A DNA stretch of 40,641 nucleotides, from the NCBI GenBank assembly GCA_964619725.1, contig CAZUFC010000077.1, positions 1 to 40,641 of the forward strand, in the 5' to 3' direction. The first letter of the stretch is position 1; each line of letters starts with the position of its first letter. Origin of the DNA: an uncultured bacterium. Its GTDB lineage: Bacteria > CSSED10-310 > CAZUFC01. This document shows positions 17,980 to 27,210 of the stretch, piece after piece. Both the position numbers and the translations under genes were made by a program. Under the pieces are notes generated by a model, which worked only from the letters and a program-made list of their open reading frames with translations, made no database searches and was not told where the DNA came from.

Positions 17980-18049
17980 TAAGATTGGGTAATTAAAGCG
18001 GTTAGGTCGAAAAGAAATAATACCGCAGCATCTTTCCATCATTGGCTTT

Positions 18050-18280
18050 CGCATTGGGATAACGGGAACAGATCATTGTATTTAAAGCTAAGAAAGTTAA
18101 AAATGTATTCGTTGTCGTGATCGTTGTCGAATTTAAACATTACGCCCATTCAGGCGAAATTGAATTTAAAAGTCATTGCGCAAGGCGCTGCGACAACGAT
18201 AACCGCTTCACCGGCAAATGACACGACAACTATTCATCAGCCGAATGTGAAAGTAATGAAGTAAATTTAATCCTCATATG
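18050..18280 (+). repeat. Family B dispersed repeat, copy 2
   Basis: Shares TTTAAAGC..AAAAATGTATTCG, CATTCAGGCGAAATTGAATTTAAAAGTCATTGCGCA and ATTCATCAGCC blocks with the other copies. Confidence 0.85.
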
Positions 18281-18672
18281 TATTGCATCATTGGAGAAGG
18301 GCAGCGGGCTTGGTAATGATGCACAGGAATTTGACTTTTTCATCGACATTGCATACTTATAAGAATGAGGACTCAAACCGAAATGCTGATCGAAACGGCG
18401 CGCAGGTTTGAACTGTTTACTGATCCTGTCGACCGAGGGATCATTAACCATGAACGAGGGTGTTTTCGTTACGGGTGGAGACGAAGCATCGCGCTGCCGG
18501 TAGATTGTTTTTTTTCGTACACGGTCAATTCTGATTTATTGACGCTTTAAGAAGCGTATATCGGGAGGATGGCGCGCATCAAAGATTGGTGCATGCGGAT
18601 GCTTTTGATGTCGACCCTGATTATCGGTTTTCCGATTATGAGGGAATATCCTCCGGAGGAAAGGAGAGCTTC

Positions 18673-20562
18673 ATGAAAAGGGCGGTTACGGCGATGAATG
18701 TGATGGCGGCGATAATGTGTTTTTTCGCAGGAGCGGCATTAGCGACGCCGGGTATGATCAATTATCAGGGAAAAGTTGAGGTGGGCGGCGAGCCTTTCGG
18801 GCATCCTGATGCAGCGACGGGATATTTTCGTTTTGCGATTGTGAACGACGATCAGGTAATCGTATGGAATAACGACGGTACGCAGCCTGCAGCTCCCGGG
18901 ACGAACGTTCCGATCACGGTATCGAATGGATTGTATAATGTGCTCCTGGGCGATACGTCCCTGCCGGGCATGACGGAATCCATTCCATATTCCATTTTTT
19001 CGATGGATGTATTAAAGTTACGGATATGGTTCGACGACGGTCAGCATGGAGTGCAGGTATTGACTCCTGACCAGAGGATAACGAGTGCGGGGTATGCTTT
19101 CAATGCCCAGATGTTGAACGGTATGGACTCGGACGATTTCATGCAGGCCGGTGTGGATGAATGGGTGAACGAAACCGGCGATACGATGACGGGAACGCTG
19201 AATTTACCGGCAGACGGACTGGTTGTTGGGGGCGATCAACTGATAGCGGTGAACGGCAAGATAGGGATTGGAACGACTGACCCCGGCGCCAGGTTGAATA
19301 TAGAATGTTCCGGGCATGCCTTACTGGCTACGACAAACTACATTCCGGTAAGGGGCGTCAAGACCGGTTCCGGGACATTTCCGGGAGTGCAGGGCGAAAC
19401 CGAATCCGAGTCGAGCGGCGCTTCCGGCGTACGAGGACGAGTCACAAGCGAGACGCCGGGGGCCAATTCAGCGGGAGTATACGGCGTAAATGCCGGTACC
19501 GGCTCTGACGGCATAGGTGTGCGGGGTCGCCATTCAGGCAGCGGCATAGGCGTTATGGGCGAGGTAGTGGATTCTGCCGGATATGCGGGTTATTTTGCCG
19601 GCGGCAAAAATTATTTTGAAGGAGCCGTGGGCATTGGAAAAGAGTCTCCAGTAAAAATGCTTGAAGTCAAGGGTAATGATGGAATCCGCGTTACTTCTTC
19701 CTCAAGCGACAGCTTCTACGGAGACATATATCCTGATTTTGGTTCAGGAGCTGGAGGACTGGTGATAAATTCCCGTACGGGCGGCACCTGGGCCGACATC
19801 AGTTTTCAGTGTAACGGAAATACCAGGATGTTTTTGACTAGCAGCGGTCGGCTCGGCATAGGCACGACGGCGCCGGGCGCGGGATTGCATGTTGTGGGCG
19901 CTGATTTTCCGGAGTCTTTTATTTATCTGCAAGCTGATGAGTTTCATGATGCAGGCATACGGTTTTATTCAGGAGCCAATCCGATGTGGCATATTTTCAA
20001 TGACGGGGACGCCTGGCAGAATTTGCGTATAGCGCCTCAAAACGCCTTCGGCAGCGGCGGTATCACGGTCAATTTAGTCGGCTGGGTGGGAATAGGAACC
20101 ACATCGCCGTCTGAACAGCTCGAAGTCGCCGGAGCGATAAAACTTTCCGGATCAGACCTGGCTGAACCGTTTGCATTCGCAGAAACGGATGAGCTCGAAC
20201 CCGGAATGGTGGTCGTAATTGACAGGGAGAATCCTGGTGAATTGAAGATATCGGACAGGGCTTACGATCGATGCGTGGCTGGCGTGATTAGCGGCGCAGG
20301 CGGCATCAAGCCCGGAGTGCTTATGAGCGACGAACGCCTGGGCGGTTCGCATAACGTGGCGCTTGCCGGCCGGGTTTATACCTGGTGCGATGCTTCTTTC
20401 GGTTCGATAGAGCCGGGGGATATGTTGGTGACCTCGCCCGTCTGCGGGTATGCGATGAGAGCAGATGAGACGGAAGCCATACACGGTGCAGTGATCGGAA
20501 AGGCGATGGAGGGTCTTAAAGACGGCAGGGGACTGGTTTTGATTCTCATTTCACAATTATAA
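18673..20562 (+). CDS. Secreted fibre/tail-spike-like protein with GIGT repeats and C-terminal autochaperone-like (peptidase G2/IMC-like) domain
   Basis: ATG 18673 with RBS AAGGAG; signal peptide ending ALA; PGMINYQG N-domain; repeated (I/V/L)GIGT..P; C-terminal GSDLAEPF...PGMVVVID...AYD..VAGVIS...VALAGRV...GDMLVTS...IGKAM. Confidence 0.75.
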   Translation: MKRAVTAMNVMAAIMCFFAGAALATPGMINYQGKVEVGGEPFGHPDAATGYFRFAIVNDDQVIVWNNDGTQPAAPGTNVPITVSNGLYNVLLGDTSLPGMTESIPYSIFSMDVLKLRIWFDDGQHGVQVLTPDQRITSAGYAFNAQMLNGMDSDDFMQAGVDEWVNETGDTMTGTLNLPADGLVVGGDQLIAVNGKIGIGTTDPGARLNIECSGHALLATTNYIPVRGVKTGSGTFPGVQGETESESSGASGVRGRVTSETPGANSAGVYGVNAGTGSDGIGVRGRHSGSGIGVMGEVVDSAGYAGYFAGGKNYFEGAVGIGKESPVKMLEVKGNDGIRVTSSSSDSFYGDIYPDFGSGAGGLVINSRTGGTWADISFQCNGNTRMFLTSSGRLGIGTTAPGAGLHVVGADFPESFIYLQADEFHDAGIRFYSGANPMWHIFNDGDAWQNLRIAPQNAFGSGGITVNLVGWVGIGTTSPSEQLEVAGAIKLSGSDLAEPFAFAETDELEPGMVVVIDRENPGELKISDRAYDRCVAGVISGAGGIKPGVLMSDERLGGSHNVALAGRVYTWCDASFGSIEPGDMLVTSPVCGYAMRADETEAIHGAVIGKAMEGLKDGRGLVLILISQL

Positions 20563-20737
20563 GATGATGTTTCGTGATGAAGGGTATGAGAATGAGAAAA
20601 AAACAAATATTCGCAGATGAGGAGGGTTTTCTCATGAGTTTTTCAGCCCTTTATTCAACGGAGCAATATACCGGAATGTAATTTTCAGCGCTGAGACGCC
20701 TCAGTAGCTGGAAGATTTTGATGAAAGGAAAAGAATT

Positions 20738-22453
20738 ATGAGAAAGGAACCAGTTCAGCGGAAGAACAGGGAAAGGATTCGGGAGAACCTGTCGGGTACC
20801 GGTTCTGCAGACGCCCGGACAAATTTTGTTTACCTTTCAGTATTTTTTCTGATTTTAGGAACGGCTGCAACGGTTTTGTTATTTTTTATACCCTCGACAT
20901 CGGCCGGCGTTGTTGAGGCGGAGAATGTACCGGTCGTTGTAGAAACGTGGGTCAGGGAGCTTACGGCGGATGCTCGCTCCGATGCCTTTGTAAAATCATT
21001 GGAGCCTTACCGGGAAGGCGGAGAGATCACGGGTTACGTTGCTGTATTGGAGAACGGCGGATTCTGCATTGCATCCGCCGACGATATGCTTCTTCCCGTA
21101 TATCTTTACAGCCCGGAAGGCGAGTATCATCCGGAGGACCCTGCGGTTCGACACATTTTTTGGGAGATGAAAGAGCGGCGGCAAAATATGCGTCGCATCC
21201 TGAGTGAAGGGGAAGAGGAAGAAGTCTCCTGGATGGCGAAGGAACTGGAGTCCAGACAAGGATACTGGGAAGCTTTGAAGGCCGGCGAGATACCCGATGG
21301 ATGGGGGCGTTTCGGAGAATCAAAAGCCGAGCCGAATGTAATGGAATTAGATTTGTCCTGCAAATGGCACCAGGGTTCACCATATAACGATCAATGCGTT
21401 GAGTTGACGCCGGGTGCGGACGAGCATGTGGTGGTCGGCTGCAATGCGACGGCGACATTGCAGATCATGTATTACTGGCAATGGCCGAATGCGGGTACGG
21501 GCTCCGGCAGCGTCACGTATGACTGGCGATACAGAACCAATTGGGATTATGAAGCGTTGGCTTCAGACCCGGGCATACCGGCCGACTGGGGCGCTGTGCC
21601 CGGATACGAATACGGAAGGCTGACCTGGACATCGGGCGGCGGCGGTTATCTGCGCATGACAGGTTACTGGGATGCCAGCGTGCTCAACGCAGCCAAAAAC
21701 GACAACAATATCACAAACAAAACGCCTGAATACCTGGCTGCATTACAGGCGCTCTATGACCGTCTAACGCCCGGTTCCACGAACTGTTACGCTAACTTCG
21801 GCGCTGCGGCTTACGACTGGAGCATAATCAACGATACGCATTCCGATCCGCCGGATGCCGGGGACGTCGAAGTCGCAAAATTAAACAATCACGTTGCAAT
21901 AGGCGTCAATTCCACTTTCGGCGTCTGGGGAACATCATCCTATTTCGGTAACGACGTCGCCGGGCTTGAAGATCATTTCGGATACGATTATGACGCTCTA
22001 TTTACACAGGTTGCGGACATTTATTCAATCACAACAGACATATTGTGGCTGAGACCGACGGGATTAGGCGGCAGCAGTGAAGGCGGCGGCGGTCACGCCT
22101 GGGTCGTCCACGGATACAATAAATCTACCGACCCTCACCGACAGTTCCTCATGAACTTCGGCTGGGGAGGCAGCTCAGACGGCTGGTACACCTTCGACAA
22201 CGCTCCTTTCCCCCTCAATCACGACATGATGACCCGCATCGCTCCGCCAACAGTTAAATTCGTCGATAATTCAGGCGCCGGAGACGGCTCGCCGAATAAC
22301 CCCTACGGAAGCGCTGCCGAAGCCGTCGCTGAAGCCCCCAATCACTCAACGCTCATCTTTAAAGCCGGATCAGCATTTCCATACTCCGGCGATTCCCTGA
22401 CTTTTAATAAACCTCTTCTCCTGAGAGGGTACCAGGCGGTGATCGGGAATTAG
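20738..22453 (+). CDS. C10 (streptopain/SpeB-like) cysteine peptidase with prodomain and C-terminal ~65-aa module
   Basis: WHQGSPYN, catalytic VGCNATA..QIMYYWQWP, GHAWVVHGY, MNFGWGG; prodomain GGFCIASADD..LPV. Confidence 0.9.
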   Translation: MRKEPVQRKNRERIRENLSGTGSADARTNFVYLSVFFLILGTAATVLLFFIPSTSAGVVEAENVPVVVETWVRELTADARSDAFVKSLEPYREGGEITGYVAVLENGGFCIASADDMLLPVYLYSPEGEYHPEDPAVRHIFWEMKERRQNMRRILSEGEEEEVSWMAKELESRQGYWEALKAGEIPDGWGRFGESKAEPNVMELDLSCKWHQGSPYNDQCVELTPGADEHVVVGCNATATLQIMYYWQWPNAGTGSGSVTYDWRYRTNWDYEALASDPGIPADWGAVPGYEYGRLTWTSGGGGYLRMTGYWDASVLNAAKNDNNITNKTPEYLAALQALYDRLTPGSTNCYANFGAAAYDWSIINDTHSDPPDAGDVEVAKLNNHVAIGVNSTFGVWGTSSYFGNDVAGLEDHFGYDYDALFTQVADIYSITTDILWLRPTGLGGSSEGGGGHAWVVHGYNKSTDPHRQFLMNFGWGGSSDGWYTFDNAPFPLNHDMMTRIAPPTVKFVDNSGAGDGSPNNPYGSAAEAVAEAPNHSTLIFKAGSAFPYSGDSLTFNKPLLLRGYQAVIGN

Positions 22454-22491
22454 AAAAGCTTATCAAGCATATCCATTTGCATTTGAACGAC

Positions 22492-22664
22492 GGAGACTGA
22501 TCATAACGGTTTACGCTTTTTTCAAAACGTTTGACGGTTTGTTTCAGTAATCTGGATCGGAGTCGGTATCGGTATCGGGATCGTAATCGAAATCCAAATC
22601 GAAATAAAATGACGGCATATTCTGGAAAATTGTAACCCCAAAAGACCAATTTTTGATCAATGCC
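22492..22664 (+). repeat. Family A dispersed repeat with hexamer tract (GGATCG/GAGTCG/GTATCG)
   Basis: Aligns with 11120-11268 and 35033-35176 but has a longer hexamer tract. Confidence 0.8.
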
Positions 22665-22816
22665 TCAAAAAGTGCAACTGCGGTTTGATTGCTTCTATTC
22701 TTTCGTTTATCGGATGGATTTTCTGCAGGCATATTTTCATTAAACCTGTTGATTCGAAAAAAACGATATGATTAAATAGTTATGAGTAATTTCTCTTTAC
22801 CGGAGCGGACGAACGA

Positions 22817-25177
22817 ATGGGGAAAAAAAAGACTGAGAAGCGTAAGGCGCGGAAAAAGAAAAGCAGAAAACAGTTAACGAAACAGAAGGAGAGCAGCCGG
22901 AATCAGTATAATGCTCAGGCAGCCTTTGACGAAGCCAAATGGCAGATTGAACGTGGTCGTTTGGACAAGGCGATGGTCCTGATGCGCAAGGCGGTTCGTT
23001 TGGATCCGGGAAACGTAATTTACTGGGAATTCCTGGAAAATTTAGCGTATGACCTCAAGGATATGGATACCCGCATGCTTGCATTCGAAAAGCTTTATGA
23101 AATGGCTGAAATTAATCCGAACTATGCGATGATTTACGGTATGTACCTGGTTGAAGATGATAAAAATCTTAAGCGCGCTTTGACGATATTCGAAGCATTG
23201 TATGATTGCGATGTGAGTTTGTCGGGATTCCCTGACGAGATTGTGAAAAAGGAAATCAAGGAATGGAGAGATCATTGCAGATATCGTATTGATGTTCAGA
23301 ATCGCTTAAAGGAATGGGAGAGAGACTCGGAAGCAGACAAGAAGGCAAGAGAAGATTGGTTGTGGTGGGAAGGTGAAGAGAAGCGGGAGAAGAAAAAGAA
23401 ATCGACTCCAAAGGTAAAGCGGAAGAAAGCGGATACTAAACCTGAGATTGATGTACCGATTTCCATATCATTCGATACGACGGAGCTCAAAAAAAGTCTG
23501 AAAAGCAGAGAATTTGCCTCTCCAGAGAGATACGAGACGGCTCTGGCAGGTTACGAGATGAGTTTCCGGGAATCGTTTGACCGGTTGCTTTGTCTTGCCG
23601 GATTGAAGAATGTGCATTCTTACTGGTATCAGGAGGAGACGGCGAAGAAGGTTCTAAAGTCTTTCCGGGGAAGAGCATTATTAGCTGATGAAGTGGGTCT
23701 GGGGAAGACGATCGAGGCGTTGATGACGTTGAAAGAGTATATGCAACGTGGGCTGGTTGAGTCGGCGCTGATATTGACTCCGCCCTCTTTGTTGACTCAG
23801 TGGCGAGATGAGATGTCGTCGAAGTTCGGTCTTTCCTTTGTAACGACCGAGGACGGCGATTACAGGGACAAGGGTGACGAATTCTGGAAGAATCCCTTTA
23901 TTTTAAGTTCTTTGAACATAGCGAAATCCAAACGTAATTTCGACAAAGTCACCTCACGTGAATATGATATGGTTATTGTGGACGAAGCGCATCATGTGAA
24001 GAATCGATCGACTCAGAGCTGGAAGCTGGTGAATGCCTTAAAGAAGAGGTTCATCCTGCTTCTGACGGCAACTCCGGTATCGAATAATCTGATGGAGTTA
24101 TATAATTTGATAACTCTGTTGAAACCCGGGCAACTCAAGACTCAGGCGAGTTTCAAATCGGAATTCGTATCCCGTGGCGATCCTACGGACCCCCGGAACC
24201 GGGAACGTTTAAGGGAATTGCTCAAAGAGGTAATGATCAGGAACACCCGGTCCCTGGCCAATATAAATCTGCCGCCTCGCTACGCTGAAACGATCCAGGT
24301 GGAGCCCAACGAGGATGAGAGCATGCTGTATGAGCGGTTGACGTCGCTTGTTCGCTCGTTGTCGAGAGGAAGGACTTTTTCCAATAAAATGGTCCTGAAG
24401 ATACTTCTGGAGGAGATAGGTTCTTCGCCGCAGGCGTTGTATCAGACTCTGGAATCAATGGTCCGGAAAAGGGATTTTCCGTCAGCGACAGAGGATGAGA
24501 TAATGGAGTTGCTTGATATGTGCGGCAGAATGCAGCATACGGGCAAGTGTCTGAAGTTATTGGACTTATTAAACGCCATCCGGGAAAAAACGATAGTTTT
24601 CGTCAAATATAAAGCCACGCTGGAGTATTTATCCTACCTGCTTGATGCAGAGCGCATACCTTACGCCATATTTCACGGTTCAATGAATATTGCGGAGAAG
24701 GACAGGCAGATTGATCTGTTTCGCGACGAACGACTCGTGCTCCTGTCGACGGAATCGGGAGGTGAAGGCAGGAATCTTCAGTTCTGCAGCAACATGATCA
24801 ATTTCGACCTGCCGTGGAACCCCATGAAGATTGAGCAGCGGATCGGAAGGATACACCGGATCGGACAGCAGAATGAGGTGCATATTTATAACCTGTGCGC
24901 CAACGGCAGCATTGAAGACTATATGCTTGAAATACTGGATAAAAAAGTCAATATGTTTGAACTCGTCATAGGCGAGATCGACATGATACTCGGAAGACTC
25001 AGAGGCGAAAAGGACTTCGCGAATTTAATATATGAAATATGGATCGGTTCTGAAAATCAGCAGGACAGAAAAAAAGCTTTCGATAACCTCGGAAGACGAA
25101 TGAAAACGGCCAAAAAAGGTTACGAAAAAACGAAAGAACTGGATGAAAAACTGTTCGAAAAGGATTATGAGTTATAA
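22817..25177 (+). CDS. SNF2-family helicase/ATPase (YqhH-like) with basic N-terminus and TPR-like region
   Basis: LADEVGLGKT, DEAH, LLTATP..N, STESGGEGRNLQ, DLPWNP..EQRIGRIHRIGQ. Confidence 0.92.
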   Translation: MGKKKTEKRKARKKKSRKQLTKQKESSRNQYNAQAAFDEAKWQIERGRLDKAMVLMRKAVRLDPGNVIYWEFLENLAYDLKDMDTRMLAFEKLYEMAEINPNYAMIYGMYLVEDDKNLKRALTIFEALYDCDVSLSGFPDEIVKKEIKEWRDHCRYRIDVQNRLKEWERDSEADKKAREDWLWWEGEEKREKKKKSTPKVKRKKADTKPEIDVPISISFDTTELKKSLKSREFASPERYETALAGYEMSFRESFDRLLCLAGLKNVHSYWYQEETAKKVLKSFRGRALLADEVGLGKTIEALMTLKEYMQRGLVESALILTPPSLLTQWRDEMSSKFGLSFVTTEDGDYRDKGDEFWKNPFILSSLNIAKSKRNFDKVTSREYDMVIVDEAHHVKNRSTQSWKLVNALKKRFILLLTATPVSNNLMELYNLITLLKPGQLKTQASFKSEFVSRGDPTDPRNRERLRELLKEVMIRNTRSLANINLPPRYAETIQVEPNEDESMLYERLTSLVRSLSRGRTFSNKMVLKILLEEIGSSPQALYQTLESMVRKRDFPSATEDEIMELLDMCGRMQHTGKCLKLLDLLNAIREKTIVFVKYKATLEYLSYLLDAERIPYAIFHGSMNIAEKDRQIDLFRDERLVLLSTESGGEGRNLQFCSNMINFDLPWNPMKIEQRIGRIHRIGQQNEVHIYNLCANGSIEDYMLEILDKKVNMFELVIGEIDMILGRLRGEKDFANLIYEIWIGSENQQDRKKAFDNLGRRMKTAKKGYEKTKELDEKLFEKDYEL

Positions 25178-26222
25178 ACAAGAAGACGAACTACTAAATT
25201 TTGCAGCCAGGACCCTGCGATCAAAGGGTGCTGCAGTTGAAAAGGAAAACGGGACTTTGACATCGGTTCTTCCTCCGGAGCTCGTCGGAGTATTCGGCAG
25301 GGAATACATGGAAATAACAAGACGCCGGAGTGACGAGGATGCGGAAAAACTCCTGTACGGTTCGCCGTTGCTCGATAAAATTATAGGACTGGCTTGCGCA
25401 GGCGTCCCCATATCATCATGTTCCATCTATGTTCGGTATCTAAAAAAGCAAGGCTTCCAGCAAATCATATCCGATCAGTTCAAACTGCATAAAGCGACCG
25501 GCAGTGTTGAAAGCCCGGCCGAAACCAGGGGCGATTATCTGTTGTCCGCTTTCAGGTATACGGCTCTTAGCGATGAAAGAAAAGAAGGGCTGATAAAGAT
25601 TATCATGAATCTGGATTCAAAAGCGATCATCCCGGAGCTGGAGGAGAATCTGTCCAATGCTGAAATAAAATATGTTAAGCATAAAAAGTTCAATTCATCG
25701 TTCGCAGACCGCCTCAGGAAAACAATCGAGGATATAAGGCCTCTGGTCAGGCAGGAAATCGAAAAAGAATTAACTGATTTCAAAAGCAGCATGAAAAGGC
25801 GATGCAACAGAGATACCGATATCCTCGAAGAATATTACAAATCTTACGCGGAAGAGATCAGATCGAGTTTTAGAAAGAGAAAACTCTCCGAAAAAGGGAT
25901 TGAGGAAAGAAAAGAAAAACTGGCTTCTCTTCCCGATGAACTGGCGATGAAAAAGAATGATTTGTTTAAAAAATACAGCATCCAGGTTACCGTTTCTCCG
26001 GTTGCGGCGCTGCATATTTCTATGCCCGTGGTGAGAATCATCTACAAGGTTAAATCCAGAAACAGGAAAAGAACGATATCCATGTACTGGAATCCATTAA
26101 CGAAAAAACTGGAACCTGTCGTTTGCGAAGGGTGCGGAATAAACGCAACAGAATTATTCGTCTGCAGGGAAACTCATATACTCTGTCCAGATTGCAGCGA
26201 AAATTGTCCCTTGTGCAGATAA
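25167..26222 (+). CDS. YqhG-like helicase partner with C-terminal Cys/His zinc-binding cluster
   Basis: ATG 25167 (RBS AAAGGA) overlaps the helicase stop; LLYGSPLL, coiled-coil region, CEGC..C..H..C..C...C..C terminus. Confidence 0.7.
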   Translation: MSYKQEDELLNFAARTLRSKGAAVEKENGTLTSVLPPELVGVFGREYMEITRRRSDEDAEKLLYGSPLLDKIIGLACAGVPISSCSIYVRYLKKQGFQQIISDQFKLHKATGSVESPAETRGDYLLSAFRYTALSDERKEGLIKIIMNLDSKAIIPELEENLSNAEIKYVKHKKFNSSFADRLRKTIEDIRPLVRQEIEKELTDFKSSMKRRCNRDTDILEEYYKSYAEEIRSSFRKRKLSEKGIEERKEKLASLPDELAMKKNDLFKKYSIQVTVSPVAALHISMPVVRIIYKVKSRNRKRTISMYWNPLTKKLEPVVCEGCGINATELFVCRETHILCPDCSENCPLCR

Positions 26223-26357
26223 AAGCAGCGGGCGGTCAGCGACAAGGCGCGATACGCCCGCATATTTTATCCGAAATGTCTTGTTTTCCGATAGTTGCAT
26301 TTATTTGGACTCTCTGTTAAATTAAAAGCGCCTTTAATCCCCTTTCGGGATGGCTTC

Positions 26358-26597
26358 GGCATTAGGGTAATAGGAACAAATAATTGTGTTTAAAGCAAAA
26401 AACGTTAAAAATACATTCGCAGACGTGATCGTAATCGTTGTCAAAATTAAACTTGAAGCGCATTCAGGCGAAATTGAATTTAAAAGTCATTGCGCATGTC
26501 ACTCCGGCAACGACTACCGCTTCGCCGGCAACGACACCGATTCATCAGCCAACATAGCGTTTGATGAGAGATAATGAGGATTCTTTATGTAAATACG
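26358..26597 (+). repeat. Family B dispersed repeat, copy 3
   Basis: 34-nt block CATTCAGGCGAAATTGAATTTAAAAGTCATTGCG identical to copy 2, and same flanking blocks. Confidence 0.85.
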
Positions 26598-26633
26598 GGG
26601 AATTTAATGATGGATGACATATATTTACAATCG

Positions 26634-26999
26634 ATGAAGAAAAGTAAGGCGCTTTTTTTTACGGTGTTTTTTATAATTATGCCGGTAATGGCAGCGAGGG
26701 GTGATGCGACTCCGCAATGGAGATGGGAGGACGCGATGGCTGAGCATGTGACATGCATTGGGATGAATTCAGCGGGAACGTTTATGGCGGCGGGAACGAC
26801 GACAGTAGAGGGTATGAGCGTAATGGCGGTTTTCGAAAGCATTTCACCTTGGCCGATAAGCCGGATAGAGTTCACTGAACACATATTTGACGTTGAGATT
26901 TCCGAGGATGGACAACTCGTCGCTTGCGCGGTCGACCACATGATTTACCTGTATGACGGAGTTGATCAGCAATCTGGATTTCATTTCCTGGGGTTATGA
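26634..26999 (+). pseudogene. Truncated secreted beta-propeller (WD40-like) protein
   Basis: Signal peptide, then only about 2-3 blade-like repeats (VTCIGMNSAGTFMAAG; IFDVEISEDGQLVACA..MIYLYD); ends in a short TGATCA-bounded inverted repeat (26958-27013). Confidence 0.6.
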
Positions 27000-27210
27000 T
27001 TTTTGATCAACCCGGAATGACCGGTTGATGCATAAATTTTACAGCGCCGGATGCGCGTATGAAGGGGACAGTGATTATCATGCAGGGCCATTCCTGTATT
27101 TTAATTGATGCGCTGAAAGAGTATATGGACAGGCGGCGTTTATTATGTTTATTTTATCAGAGGCAATATCTCCCGTTGGGAAAACGGGAGCAGAACTATT
27201 GGAGTAAAAC

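Noticed and set aside
18365-18550. 61-aa ORF after a TTGACT promoter-like sequence
   Set aside because: No RBS or recognisable motif; cannot be supported
18673-20562. Prophage tail gene
   Set aside because: Has a Sec-type signal peptide, and there are no capsid, terminase, baseplate or integrase genes in the window
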